Shown here piece after piece: positions 1-8,919 of a DNA stretch of 64,000 nt. The position numbers were made by a program, and so were the translations under genes. The stretch comes from an uncultured Chloroflexia bacterium. Its GTDB lineage: Bacteria > Chloroflexota > Limnocylindria > Limnocylindrales > CSP1-4. Numbering within the stretch: the stretch's first letter is position 1; every line of letters starts with the position of its first letter. Below the pieces are notes generated by a model. That model saw only the letters and a program-made list of their open reading frames with translations, made no database searches and was not told the origin of the DNA. Location: assembly GCA_963748625.1 (NCBI GenBank), contig CAVVJT010000010.1, forward strand, positions 1,056,001 through 1,120,000. Reading direction: 5' to 3'.

Positions 1-376
1 CAGCGGCGTCGCCCCCGACGAGGTGGACTGGATCGTCGCCCACGGGACGTCCACGTCGCTCAACGACGTCACCGAGACGCGGGCCATCAAGGCGGCCTAC
101 GGGTCGGCGGCGGCGACGCGGGCGATCTCGTCGCCCAAGTCGATGATCGGCCACCTCGTGGGCGCGGCCGGCATCGCGTCGGCGCTGGCGGCCATCGGCG
201 GCATCCGGGACCAGGTGATCTCCCCCACCGCGAACCTGCACACGCCGGACCCCGAGTGCGACCTGGACTACGTGCCGCTCGTCGCGCGCCGGACCAAGGT
301 GGACACGGTGGCGATCAACGGGTTCGGCTTCGGCGGCCAGAACGCGGTCACGGTCTTCCGCCGCTTCGAGGCGTAA
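1..376 (+). CDS. fabF: 3-oxoacyl-ACP synthase II, 3' part (truncated by window edge)
   Basis: AHGTST, KSMIGHLVGAAG and NGFGFGGQNA ketosynthase motifs. Confidence 0.9.
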   Translation, partial: SGVAPDEVDWIVAHGTSTSLNDVTETRAIKAAYGSAAATRAISSPKSMIGHLVGAAGIASALAAIGGIRDQVISPTANLHTPDPECDLDYVPLVARRTKVDTVAINGFGFGGQNAVTVFRRFEA

Positions 377-384
377 CCGGCCCG

Positions 385-591
385 TCAGGAGGGCAGCCGG
401 GTCCCGCAGCCGCAGAGCACGAGATTGAGGAAGACGGCGATCGCGGTGATTCCGATTGCCAGGATCGCCCCGATCCAGATCGCTGCCCGGACCCAGTCCC
501 GCGTCGAGGCGGTTCCCGGTTCGGCGGCGCCGCCCGGTTCGGCGGCGCCGCCCGGTTCGCTGATGATCTCCGTCACCGGTGACCCCTCCAT
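385..591 (-). CDS. Small single-TM protein with CGCG tail
   Basis: 68-aa ORF; hydrophobic AAIWIGAILAIGITAIAVFLNLVL; EPGGAA repeat encoded by an 18-bp tandem repeat. Confidence 0.55.
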   Translation of the reverse strand: MEGSPVTEIISEPGGAAEPGGAAEPGTASTRDWVRAAIWIGAILAIGITAIAVFLNLVLCGCGTRLPS

Positions 592-648
592 GTGTCGGTC
601 GCGGACCCCCGTACGACGCCTGCAATCCCCGCCCTGCTGCGCGGCCCG

Positions 649-1152
649 TCAGCGGAGCGGCCGACCCTCGTAGGCCTCGAGCTTCGCAAGCGTGGCGTCC
701 GGGATCGCCATCGGGCGCTCCGTCGCGTAGTCATACAGGACCAGCACGTCCTCCGCGGTGGCGACCAGGCGCGCGTGACCCCGTGCGTTCTCCTGCGCCG
801 TGACCCGGTGCTCCATCGTGAACGACGTCCGGCCCAGCCGCCCGATCCGCGATTCCACCGTCAACGGTTCCCCGAAGTACGACGGTGAGCGGTACGTCAC
901 CCGGATCTCGGCCAGGATCAGCGACTCCACCGCCCCGTGCGTGACCAGCGCGAACGGCACGCCAGTTGCCGCCTCCCAGTAGTCGAGGCGCGCGGACTCG
1001 CAGAACGTGAGGAACCGGGAGTTGTTGGTGTGACCCATCGCGTCGGTGTCGCCGAACCGGATGACCACGGGAAACCGGTGAGGAAAGTCTCCCGCCAGGT
1101 CGCGCGGGTCGTCGGGGACAGCAAGGCGGGAGTGGGCGGACAACTCGGTCAC
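649..1152 (-). CDS. Acyl-CoA thioesterase (4HBT/YbgC-like hotdog fold)
   Basis: IRFGDTDAMGHTNN motif; GTG start 7 nt after TAGACT. Confidence 0.85.
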   Translation of the reverse strand: MTELSAHSRLAVPDDPRDLAGDFPHRFPVVIRFGDTDAMGHTNNSRFLTFCESARLDYWEAATGVPFALVTHGAVESLILAEIRVTYRSPSYFGEPLTVESRIGRLGRTSFTMEHRVTAQENARGHARLVATAEDVLVLYDYATERPMAIPDATLAKLEAYEGRPLR

Positions 1153-1215
1153 AGGCGTGAGTCTACGACGCCGCCGACGGGTGGATACAGGACTAGACTC
1201 GAGCGCGGAGGACCC

Positions 1216-1656
1216 ATGCGCCGAACCGTCACCGTCGTCATCACCCTGGCGGTTGCAGCCCTGTGCACCGGATGCGGTCAAGTCCAGGGCCTGCTCGCCC
1301 AGCCGTTCGTCGGCGAGCTGTCGGACTGCAGCCCGCAAATCGAGGCGACGCTGTGTCGCCGCATCGCCGAGGCAGCCGTCTTTTCGATCAAGGGCCCGGC
1401 AGTCGCAGCTGACGGCCTCAGCGTGAGCCAGTGGGACTCGTGCCAGAACGAGCAGGTCGTCGGCTTCGCGTCCGGTGCCGCCCAGGGAAAGGTCTGCTAC
1501 TCCGTCATGGGCTCCGGGTACGCCGGCGGCGAGCGCCTGGCCCCGAACACCTATCGAGGCGGCACGCCGGTCGAGATCGAGGCCGTCGTGTGGTCGGACA
1601 AGGACGGCACCCTCCAAGCCGCGGTCAAGGCAACGCCGGTCGAGATGGTGCCGTAG
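1216..1656 (+). CDS. Putative lipoprotein
   Basis: GGAGG RBS; MRR + hydrophobic stretch + CTGC lipobox-like site. Confidence 0.7.
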   Translation: MRRTVTVVITLAVAALCTGCGQVQGLLAQPFVGELSDCSPQIEATLCRRIAEAAVFSIKGPAVAADGLSVSQWDSCQNEQVVGFASGAAQGKVCYSVMGSGYAGGERLAPNTYRGGTPVEIEAVVWSDKDGTLQAAVKATPVEMVP

Positions 1657-1711
1657 CTCTGCCCGGGTGCCGGGGCCGACACGAAGCACGACACCCGGCA
1701 CCTCCGAGACG

Positions 1712-1806
1712 TCAGCGAGCCGCGCCCGCCGCCGTCGCCTCCTCGACCTCGACCAGGCGGCCCGTCGTCACGTCGTAGACGTAGCCGTAGACCGGGATCG
1801 ACGGGG
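1712..1806 (-). pseudogene. C-terminal remnant of a beta-carbonic anhydrase-like gene
   Basis: Manual translation PSIPVYGYVYDVTTGRLVEVEEATAAGAAR*, matching the beta-CA C-terminal G(Y/F)VYDVxTGRL motif; upstream part replaced by repeats. Confidence 0.65.
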
Positions 1807-1821
1807 CCTCGCGGCCTCGGT

Positions 1822-2007
1822 GGGGCTTCGGAAGCCGGCCTCGCGGCCTCGGTGGGGCTTCGGAAGCCCCGGTTTCCGCCATCAATGGTCGTCATGGGGC
1901 CTCCGGAGCCCCGAAACAACCACGAGGGCCACGTCTCGGCGTCGAAGTGGGGCACCAGGAGCCCCGAAACGGCGCCCGAGGGTCGCAGGTGGGGCTTCGG
2001 AAGCCCC
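1822..2007. repeat. Cluster of five REP-like palindromes GGGGC(TTCGGA/CTCCGG/ACCAGG)AGCCCC
   Basis: Units at about 1822, 1854, 1896, 1949 and 1991 with variable spacers. Confidence 0.75.
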
Positions 2008-2057
2008 GGCGCGGGCACAGGCCCGCCACAGGGCGCGGGGCCCGCCTGCGCCGTCAC

Positions 2058-4760
2058 CTACTTCGCGGCGACCACCTCGAGCATGCCGATCTCGGCCTCC
2101 TCGGGGAGCATGCCCATCACCATGTAGCTGCCGGGCTCCGAGAGCTGGAACCGCAGCGACACCGTCTGGCCGGGCCGAGCCACCACGTCCATGTTGGGGA
2201 TGCCCTCGACGGCCCAGTCGCGGACGACGGTGTCCGCGTTGAGGAACGTGAGGACGTGCCACTCGCCGGCGGTGACCATGACCTCCTCGGGGAAGATCCC
2301 GTCGGCGGTGGCGGTCACGGTGATCGTCGGCAGGGACGCGTTCACTGCGCGGTCCGCCGCGAGCACGCCGCCCGCCAGCGCCAGGCCGACCAGCCCGATC
2401 ACGAGCAGGAACGCGCCGTCGCGGAGCACGCCCACCGGGCCGCGCCGCAGCTGCTGCACGTGGCCGGGTCGCACATCCACCTTGCGCAAGCGCAGCGAGT
2501 TCGTCACGACCGACACGCTCGACAGCGCCATCGCGGCCGCCGCGAGGGCCGGATTGAGCGTGATCCCGAATGCCGGGTAGAGCACGCCCATCGCCACCGG
2601 GATCAGCAGCACGTTGTAGGCGAACGCCCAGAACAGGTTCTGGCGGATCACACGGATCGTCGCCTTCGAGAGCCCGATGGCAGATGCGACCAGGCGCGGA
2701 TCCCCGCCGATCAGCGTGATGTCGGACGCCTCGATCGCCACGTCGGCGCCGGTGCCGATCGCCACGCCCAGGTCCGCACGAGCCAGCGCGGGCGCGTCGT
2801 TGATGCCGTCGCCGACCATCGCGACCTTGCGGCCCTCGGCCTGGAGGCGCTCGATCATCGCGTCCTTGTCGCCCGGCAGCACCTCGGCGATCACGCGGTC
2901 AGCGGGGATGCCAACCTGGCGCGCGACGGCCTCCGCGGTTGCCCGCTGGTCGCCGGTGAGGAGCCAGACGGCCAGGCCGGCGTCGTGGAGCTGGCGGACT
3001 GCCTCGGCGGACTCGGCCTTGACCGGATCCGTGATCCCGACCATGCCGGCGGCGGTCGTGTCGACTGCGACGTAGACGACGGTCCCGCCGTCGGCCGCGA
3101 TGGCGTTTGCCGCCTCCGCGAGGGTGGAGAGGTCGATGCCACGCTCCTCGAGCATGCGCCGGCTGCCCACGATGACCTCGGCCCCGTCGATGAGGCCGCG
3201 GACGCCGCGCCCGACGATCGCCTCGAAGCCGTCGGCCTTCGCGAAGCCGAGCTCTGTCTCGCGCGCCTTGCGCACGATCGCCTCGCCCAGCGGGTGCTCG
3301 GAGCCGGTCTCCAGGGAGGCGGCCAGGTCGAGCACGCGGGCCTCGTCGAACCCGCCGGTGGCGACGACCGCCGTGACCGCGGGCCGCCCCAGCGTGAGCG
3401 TGCCGGTCTTGTCCATGACGACGGTGTCGATGCGGCCGGCCGCCTCGAGCGCCTCGCCACCGCGGACCAGGATGCCCACCTCGGCGCCCTTGCCGGTGCC
3501 GACCATGATCGCGGTTGGCGTCGCGAGACCCATGGCGCACGGGCACGCGATGATCACCACGCCGATGAAGGCGGTGAGCGCCAGCGTGAACCGCGGCTCC
3601 GGCCCAAGGACGAACCAGATCAGGAAGGTGGCTGCGGCGACCAGGAGGACGGCCGGCACGAAGATCTCGGAGATGCGGTCGGCCATGCGCTGGATCGGGG
3701 CCTTGGAGCCCTGCGCGCGCTGGACCAGTTCCACGATGCGGGCGAGCGCGGTCTCGCTGCCGACGCGCGTGGCGCGCATCACGAAGGAGCCCGTGGTGTT
3801 GATGGTGGCGCCGATGACCTCGTCGCCCGGGTTCTTGGTCGCCGGGATCGGCTCGCCGGTGAGCATCGACTCGTCGATGGCGCTCATGCCCTCGACGACC
3901 ACGCCGTCGACCGGCACCTTGTCGCCGGGGCGGACGCGCAGGAGGTCGCCCGGGACGACGACCGCGAGATCGACGTCCTCCTCGACGCCGTTGGCGATGC
4001 GGCGGGCGGTCGTGGCCTGGAGGCCGACGAGGCGGCGGATGGCGCCGGTGGTGCGGCCCTTCGCGCGCGCCTCGAGCCACTTCCCGAGCAGGATCAGGCC
4101 CAGGATGATCGTGGCCGAGTCGAAGTAGGTCTCCGCGTGCAGGCCGGCCGCGTGGATGACCTCCGGCCACATTGTCACGAAGACGGAGTAGCCCCAGGCG
4201 GCGCTCGTGCCGACGGCGACGAGCGTGTCCATCGTCGCGCCGCCGTGCTTGCCGGCCCGCCAGGCGTGCTGGTAGAAGCGGCCGCCCGCCCAGAACTGGA
4301 TGAACGTGGCGGGCCACAGGATGAACTTGTTGATCTCCACCATGCCGATGACGGTCTGGGGGACGAACATCAGGAGCATGAACACGACGGCGGCGCCGAT
4401 CGACACGAGCGCCATCCGCAGCGTCTCGCGCTGGGCCTTCTCGCGCTCGAGGTCCTCCTCGGTCATCTCCAGCTCGAGGGCGGCGGTGCCGGTGGGGGCG
4501 TCGGCGGCGGCGGGGGCGGCCTCGGCCTTGACCTCGTAGCCCGCGGCCTCGACGGCCTTGACCAGCTCCTCGCGCCCGGCAGCCGCGGGGTTGATGCGGA
4601 CCGTCGCCTTCTCGGTGGCGAGGTTGACCGCGGCCTCCTCCACGCCCGGCGTCTTCTTGAGGAATCGCTCGATGCGGTTCACGCAGGACGCGCAGGTCAT
4701 GCCCTCGATGGGCAGGATGATCTCGATGGTGGGGAGGTCGGCGGGGACGCTGGTATTCAT
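2058..4760 (-). CDS. copA: Cu(I)-translocating P1B-1 ATPase with C-terminal TM + cupredoxin-like domain
   Basis: GMTCASC, TGE, CPC, DKTGT, SEHPL, GDGIND, YN and MALSS motifs. Confidence 0.95.
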   Translation of the reverse strand: MNTSVPADLPTIEIILPIEGMTCASCVNRIERFLKKTPGVEEAAVNLATEKATVRINPAAAGREELVKAVEAAGYEVKAEAAPAAADAPTGTAALELEMTEEDLEREKAQRETLRMALVSIGAAVVFMLLMFVPQTVIGMVEINKFILWPATFIQFWAGGRFYQHAWRAGKHGGATMDTLVAVGTSAAWGYSVFVTMWPEVIHAAGLHAETYFDSATIILGLILLGKWLEARAKGRTTGAIRRLVGLQATTARRIANGVEEDVDLAVVVPGDLLRVRPGDKVPVDGVVVEGMSAIDESMLTGEPIPATKNPGDEVIGATINTTGSFVMRATRVGSETALARIVELVQRAQGSKAPIQRMADRISEIFVPAVLLVAAATFLIWFVLGPEPRFTLALTAFIGVVIIACPCAMGLATPTAIMVGTGKGAEVGILVRGGEALEAAGRIDTVVMDKTGTLTLGRPAVTAVVATGGFDEARVLDLAASLETGSEHPLGEAIVRKARETELGFAKADGFEAIVGRGVRGLIDGAEVIVGSRRMLEERGIDLSTLAEAANAIAADGGTVVYVAVDTTAAGMVGITDPVKAESAEAVRQLHDAGLAVWLLTGDQRATAEAVARQVGIPADRVIAEVLPGDKDAMIERLQAEGRKVAMVGDGINDAPALARADLGVAIGTGADVAIEASDITLIGGDPRLVASAIGLSKATIRVIRQNLFWAFAYNVLLIPVAMGVLYPAFGITLNPALAAAAMALSSVSVVTNSLRLRKVDVRPGHVQQLRRGPVGVLRDGAFLLVIGLVGLALAGGVLAADRAVNASLPTITVTATADGIFPEEVMVTAGEWHVLTFLNADTVVRDWAVEGIPNMDVVARPGQTVSLRFQLSEPGSYMVMGMLPEEAEIGMLEVVAAK

Positions 4761-4775
4761 ACTATGGGGGAGTAT
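4759..4775 (-). promoter_or_regulatory. CsoR/RcnR-type operator overlapping copA -10 and start codon
   Basis: Minus strand ATACT-CCCCCAT-AGTAT(G): inverted repeat around a C/G tract. Confidence 0.7.
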
Positions 4776-5015
4776 AGAGGCGAGCATGCGCGGGCGATCC
4801 TCAAGACTGGCTCAACGTGCTCGCCCTGGGCCCGGGCCGCTGGTTCGGTGGCACCGAACGGTTTCGCGCGCTCAGCGCCGGATGCTCGGCCCCACCGATC
4901 AATTCGACGGGTTCCGCGTGGTCGCGATCCCCCCAGACCCTCCGAGACGTACCGACCGATCGGCCACACCCGCTCGGCCGTTGCCGCTTCGACAGCATGC
5001 CGTTATGCTGGCCTC

Positions 5016-5264
5016 ATGGCCGACAAGAAGAAGGTGACCCTCTACGTCGATGCGGAGGTGATGCGTGCCGCGCGCGTCCGGGCGGCGCGGACGGACCGGC
5101 GCGACTCCGAGGTCGTCGAGGAGGCACTGCGCGCGTACCTGGGGTTCGACGTGCTCGCGAGCGTCTGGGCCAGGAGCGTCCTGACGGAGGACGAGGCGAT
5201 GGCGCTCGCTGTCGAGGCCACGCACGAGGTGCGGGCGGAGCGGCGTGACGCGCGCGGTTCTTGA
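5016..5264 (+). CDS. Ribbon-helix-helix antitoxin
   Basis: KKKVTLYVD..SEVVEEALRAYL; overlaps the PIN gene; TATGCT 6 nt upstream. Confidence 0.8.
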   Translation: MADKKKVTLYVDAEVMRAARVRAARTDRRDSEVVEEALRAYLGFDVLASVWARSVLTEDEAMALAVEATHEVRAERRDARGS

Positions 5265-5658
5265 CACCGATGTCCTCGTCTCGGCGCTGATCAGCCCGGG
5301 CGGTCCCAGCGCGGCACTCCTCCTCGAGCTGCGGGCCGGCGCCTTCGAGCTGGTCGTCTCGCCGCTGCTGCTCGAGGAGCTCGAGGACGTCCTCGCGCGG
5401 CCCAAGCTCCGCACCTGGGTCACGCCGGCCGAGGCGGCCGCCTACCTCGCCGTGATCCGCGAGGAGTCGATCCTCTACGCCGATCCCCCACCGAGCGGAG
5501 CCGCTCTGTGCGCAGATCCCGACGACGAGTTCCTCATCGATCTCGCCCGATCCGCGGGCGCGGACGCGATCGTGTCGGGTGACAGGCATCTCCTCGACTT
5601 GCGACCGATGCTGCCGGTGCTGTCACCAGCCGAGTTCCTTGCAACGCTGACCGCGTGA
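5245..5658 (+). CDS. PIN-domain toxin
   Basis: AVLDTDVLVSAL...DPDDEFLI...IVSGDRHLL. Confidence 0.9.
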   Translation: MTRAVLDTDVLVSALISPGGPSAALLLELRAGAFELVVSPLLLEELEDVLARPKLRTWVTPAEAAAYLAVIREESILYADPPPSGAALCADPDDEFLIDLARSAGADAIVSGDRHLLDLRPMLPVLSPAEFLATLTA

Positions 5659-5684
5659 GGTCAGGCCCTCCGCACATTCTCGCG

Positions 5685-5843
5685 GTGCACGCCAGGCAAT
5701 TCTCTCGAGCCCTGATGCCGCGCCGTTGGTTCGCGTGCATGGTCTCGACCAGTTCGGACCTGTTTCGGGCCGAATCGCGTCGTCGTGTTGCACCGCGTGC
5801 ACACCGACGGCTCACGATGCCCGAACTATTGCTTGGCGTGCAC
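5685..5843. mobile_element. MITE/REP-like element with 16-bp imperfect terminal inverted repeats
   Basis: GTGCACGCCAGGCAAT ... ATTGCTTGGCGTGCAC (15/16 match). Confidence 0.5.
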
Positions 5844-5860
5844 GCCGGCGGGCAGGGCGA

Positions 5861-6439
5861 TCACCGACCGCCGATGACCATCAAGCCCATTCGTCGCGCA
5901 GGTCGTCGAGCTCCCTGGGCGGGTAGGCACCAGCGAGGACGCCCAGGAACTTGTCGAGCGGATCCTCTGCGCGGATCAGCACGGCCTCGCCCGGGCCGCG
6001 GATATCGGCGCCGAGTGACTCGTGTCGGGGAGCCTGGGGCCGTGACGGCCCGCACCACCAGGCCCTCGATCCCCGTGAAGTCGTCCGGGTTCGCGGTGTA
6101 CAGCGGCAAGCCGGTCGCGAGTGCGGTGGCGGCGATCATGGCATCGAACGAGCGGGCGGCAGGCTTCCGGCCCGATCGCCGGAACGAGGCTGCCACCAGG
6201 CCGAAGGCTCGCGCGGCGGCAGCATCGAACGGGAGTGGATCGAAGTCGGCTTCCGCCTGCTGGACGGTGGCGAGACGGCGGGCGCGCTCCGCGTCATCGG
6301 TGGCGACCAGCGGGCCGACGGAGAGCTCAGCCAGGGTCACCGCCGAGATCAGGGCGATGTCCGGGAGGGCCGAGGCGTCGGCCAAGGCGTGCAGCGCCAG
6401 CACGACGCTCGTGTCGAGCAGGCCCTGCGGATCGCTCAC
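5861..6439 (-). CDS. vapC: VapC PIN toxin with C-terminal read-through extension
   Basis: LLDTSVV, ISAVTLAEL, FDAMIAATA and LYTANPDDF motifs. Confidence 0.85.
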   Translation of the reverse strand: MSDPQGLLDTSVVLALHALADASALPDIALISAVTLAELSVGPLVATDDAERARRLATVQQAEADFDPLPFDAAAARAFGLVAASFRRSGRKPAARSFDAMIAATALATGLPLYTANPDDFTGIEGLVVRAVTAPGSPTRVTRRRYPRPGRGRADPRRGSARQVPGRPRWCLPAQGARRPARRMGLMVIGGR

Positions 6440-6672
6440 AGCGATTGGTCGATGACGTCGTCGATGTCGCGACGGAAGGCCTCGGCATCGATCGCCGGTA
6501 GGCGACGCCAGCGCTCCAGCAGCACTGCGGCCGTGATCCCCCGAGAGCGCAGGGGGCGCAACTCAGCGACCGGCCGGCCGTCCCGGGTCACGGTCACGTG
6601 CTCGCCCGCCTCGACGCGACCAACGACCTCACCGCCGTGATTGCGCAGGTCCCGGATCGTCACGGTCTCCAT
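6436..6672 (-). CDS. Phd/YefM-family antitoxin
   Basis: METVTIRDLRNHGGEVVGRVEAGEHVTVTRDGRPVAEL; GTGA overlap with vapC. Confidence 0.9.
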   Translation of the reverse strand: METVTIRDLRNHGGEVVGRVEAGEHVTVTRDGRPVAELRPLRSRGITAAVLLERWRRLPAIDAEAFRRDIDDVIDQSL

Positions 6673-6898
6673 GCGCGGCAGCGTATCACCGGTGAGACTC
6701 GCGTCAACCATGACGCAAGACCAGCGTGGAGCGGAGGGGAAGGGTGCGGCGGTTCCCCCCTTGCAGCGTGTCCCCCATCGGGCTGCTGCTGGCTGCCGCT
6801 CCCCACCCGGCGGTCGACCCCGCCCCTCCGTTCGCACGTTGGCCACCGGCGCGCGGCGGCCTACCCCGACGGTAGCCGCCCGAGCCCGGCTTGGGCAG

Positions 6899-6935
6899 TG
6901 GGGAGATCCCTATGCGCGAATAGGGAAAACCCTAT
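6899..6935. promoter_or_regulatory. Paired TAGGG-N4-CCCTA palindromes (copy 1)
   Basis: TGGGGAGATCCCTA and TAGGGAAAACCCTA, 22 bp apart. Confidence 0.65.
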
Positions 6936-7489
6936 GCGCCGGCTTGCTCGGCGGCCTCGCGGCAGCCGGGCCCGAGGTCGAACAGGGGAACCTTCTCGGT
7001 GGACGCGGGCAGCAGGACCAAGGTGTCGCACGGCACTTGGAGCCAGCCGCGGCCAGAGCCCCACGGGTCCTTCGTCGAGTCCTCGAGCAGTTCGACCGAC
7101 CCGGCCCCCAGGACCCGCCAGTAGTCCGTGACCGGGTCGCCCTCCACCGTCAGATGGGTGACGACGAATTCGGCGGGCTCCCCGGCGAGGTAGGCCTCCC
7201 AGAGACAGCGCCAACCCTCGGCGTTGACCGGTCCCATCTGGCCCGTCCCGCGCTCCTGCCCACACGAGGGGAGCTCGTCGCGATCGAGGATCACGGCGGG
7301 CGTGGTGGGCTGCAGTGTGGCCGTCGCCGATGCGGCCTGGTCGCCCGGCAGGGGACCGCACCCTGAAGCAAAGGCGACAAGACCCGTGGCCAGGCACGCT
7401 GCCAGGGCTGCAGAGCCGTGGAGGATTGCTCCACTTCCAGGTGACTTGGATTCCACTGGGCTGACCCTTCCCCGGGTGCACCCGGCCAT
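6932..7489 (-). CDS. Putative Cys-containing lipoprotein (start uncertain)
   Basis: Hydrophobic stretch ending FASGC; TVEGDPV..YWRV..DSTKDPWGS motif. Confidence 0.65.
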   Translation of the reverse strand: MAGCTRGRVSPVESKSPGSGAILHGSAALAACLATGLVAFASGCGPLPGDQAASATATLQPTTPAVILDRDELPSCGQERGTGQMGPVNAEGWRCLWEAYLAGEPAEFVVTHLTVEGDPVTDYWRVLGAGSVELLEDSTKDPWGSGRGWLQVPCDTLVLLPASTEKVPLFDLGPGCREAAEQAGA

Positions 7490-7499
7490 CGGGCAGAGA

Positions 7500-7922
7500 C
7501 TACGGTTCGACGGTATTCACCATGAAGACCTCGTCGCGCAGGCAGCCAGCCGGGATTGGACGTGCGAGATCGACAACGCCAGATGGAGGCACGAACCCCC
7601 CACCCAACGCGACTTCCCCGTCCAGAACCACGGCGAACCTGCCGTCCGCCGAACGCAGGGTCCGTCCACTCGTCGTGTCCTGGAGGCTGAAACCCGCCGG
7701 CCAGACGGCGAGGTGGTCCTGCCCCTGGGCGTCCCGAACGACGAGGCAACCATCGGCGACCACCACATGGCCGTCGAGCCGTGCACCGAGACCGCCGCCC
7801 GCCACGGCGGCATTCGTCGAAGTGGCAACGAAGACGTCGGCGACCGACATCCCCGGCGAAGGACCGGAGCAGGCGGTGGCTGCAAGCGCCAGGAGGAGGA
7901 CTGCGGAGAACACCGCGTTCAT
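7500..7922 (-). CDS. Putative lipoprotein
   Basis: MNAVFSAVLLLALAATAC lipobox; DGCL..VWPAGF..LGGG motif. Confidence 0.7.
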   Translation of the reverse strand: MNAVFSAVLLLALAATACSGPSPGMSVADVFVATSTNAAVAGGGLGARLDGHVVVADGCLVVRDAQGQDHLAVWPAGFSLQDTTSGRTLRSADGRFAVVLDGEVALGGGFVPPSGVVDLARPIPAGCLRDEVFMVNTVEP

Positions 7923-8167
7923 TGCGTGAGTATGGTGATCATCGATGTCTCCTCCGGCCGGTGTCTTCCGCCCACCTCGTAGGTCCAAGTGCCGTTCGAG
8001 TAAGCGCGGATCTTGAGGTACGGGTAGCTCATGCTGAGGCAGCCACCGACTGGCACGCAGTTCTCCATCTGAGCTTGGCGGATTGAGTAGTGGCCCCCGT
8101 GAGAGTTGCCACTCCAGCTGAAGTCCCACTGATCGGAACTGAGCAGCCCGCAGTAGTGGGTCTACAT
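7919..8167 (-). pseudogene. Remnant of an aromatic/Cys-rich, probably secreted protein
   Basis: GGGGAG-N7-ATG TAG followed by open frame THYCGLLSSDQWDFSWSGNSHGGHYSIRQAQMENCVPVGGCLSMSYPYLKIRAYSNGTWTYEVGG; visibly lower GC. Confidence 0.5.
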
Positions 8168-8229
8168 GTTTTGACTCCCCTCACTGCTGTCGGACGCCAC
8201 CAGACAACCGTCGCACGATGAATCGCTGG

Positions 8230-8294
8230 CTGCAATTGGGTGGATCCCTGCCGACAAATAGGGGAATCCCTACGTCCGGATAGGGACACCCCTA
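8230..8294 (-). promoter_or_regulatory. Paired TAGGG-N4-CCCTA palindromes (copy 2) plus GGGATCCACCCAATTGCAG element
   Basis: Boxes at 8259 and 8281, 22 bp apart. Confidence 0.7.
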
Positions 8295-8310
8295 TGCCCT
8301 ATCCGCCTAC

Positions 8311-8919
8311 CTACAGCTCGAGCCAGCCCTCGCGTTCTCCCAGGAGCGCGAGCTCGGTGCGGGACCCGACGTGCCACTGGTCGAACAGCCGCGTGAGGTA
8401 AGCCTCGACGGTCTTGGGGGACACCGAGAGGCGGCGGGCGATCTCCTCGTTGGACTTCCCGGCCGCCAGGAGGCGGACGACCTCGAGCTCGCGGGGCGTC
8501 GGCACCGAGGCGGCGTCGAGCGCCCCGAGGTGGGCCGCCGTGTAGGCCGTGCCACCCGAGGCCGCAGCGCGGATGGCGGCGACCACCTCGTCGGTCGACG
8601 CCGTCTTGAGCAGGAAGCCCGACGCGCCGCGCTCGAGGGCGGTCCGCGCGTAGAGCGGGCGGTCCCACGACGACAGCACGACGAACGCCGGCGGCCCGGA
8701 CCGCTGCACGAGGTCGAGGCCCGAGCCGTCAGGCAGCCGGACGTCCACCACGACGACGTCGCAGGGCGTGGCAGCCAGCCCCCGTCGGGCCTCGGCGAGG
8801 CTCGCCGCGGTCCATGCCACCTCCAGGCCCTCATGCTGGGCCAGCGACGAGGCCAGGCCGTCCAGGACGAGCGGATGGTCATCGACGACGCCGATGCGGA
8901 TCACGCTTGGGCCTCCCAC
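8311..8919 (-). CDS. NarL/LuxR-family response regulator (ComA-like)
   Basis: VVDDHPLV, VDVRLPDGSG, GFLLK and HTH TPRELEV..SNEEIA..SPKTVEAY. Confidence 0.92.
   Translation of the reverse strand: MGGPSVIRIGVVDDHPLVLDGLASSLAQHEGLEVAWTAASLAEARRGLAATPCDVVVVDVRLPDGSGLDLVQRSGPPAFVVLSSWDRPLYARTALERGASGFLLKTASTDEVVAAIRAAASGGTAYTAAHLGALDAASVPTPRELEVVRLLAAGKSNEEIARRLSVSPKTVEAYLTRLFDQWHVGSRTELALLGEREGWLEL

Noticed and set aside
1822-2007. Palindromic repeats with variable spacers as a CRISPR array
   Set aside because: Repeats are only 17 bp and degenerate, spacers vary from about 15 to 36 bp, and there are no cas genes.
1947-5015. 1105-aa plus-strand ORF and other long antisense ORFs (8371..10503, 25793..27808, 35103..36788, 16792..18864)
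   Set aside because: Shadow frames of high-GC genes on the opposite strand. Only the last 82 codons of the 1105-aa ORF (the antitoxin) look real.
8162-8164. TAG read-through (pyrrolysine/recoding) of the ATG-TAG ORF
   Set aside because: TAG is used as a normal stop by many genes here and no pyl machinery is visible; truncation is more parsimonious.
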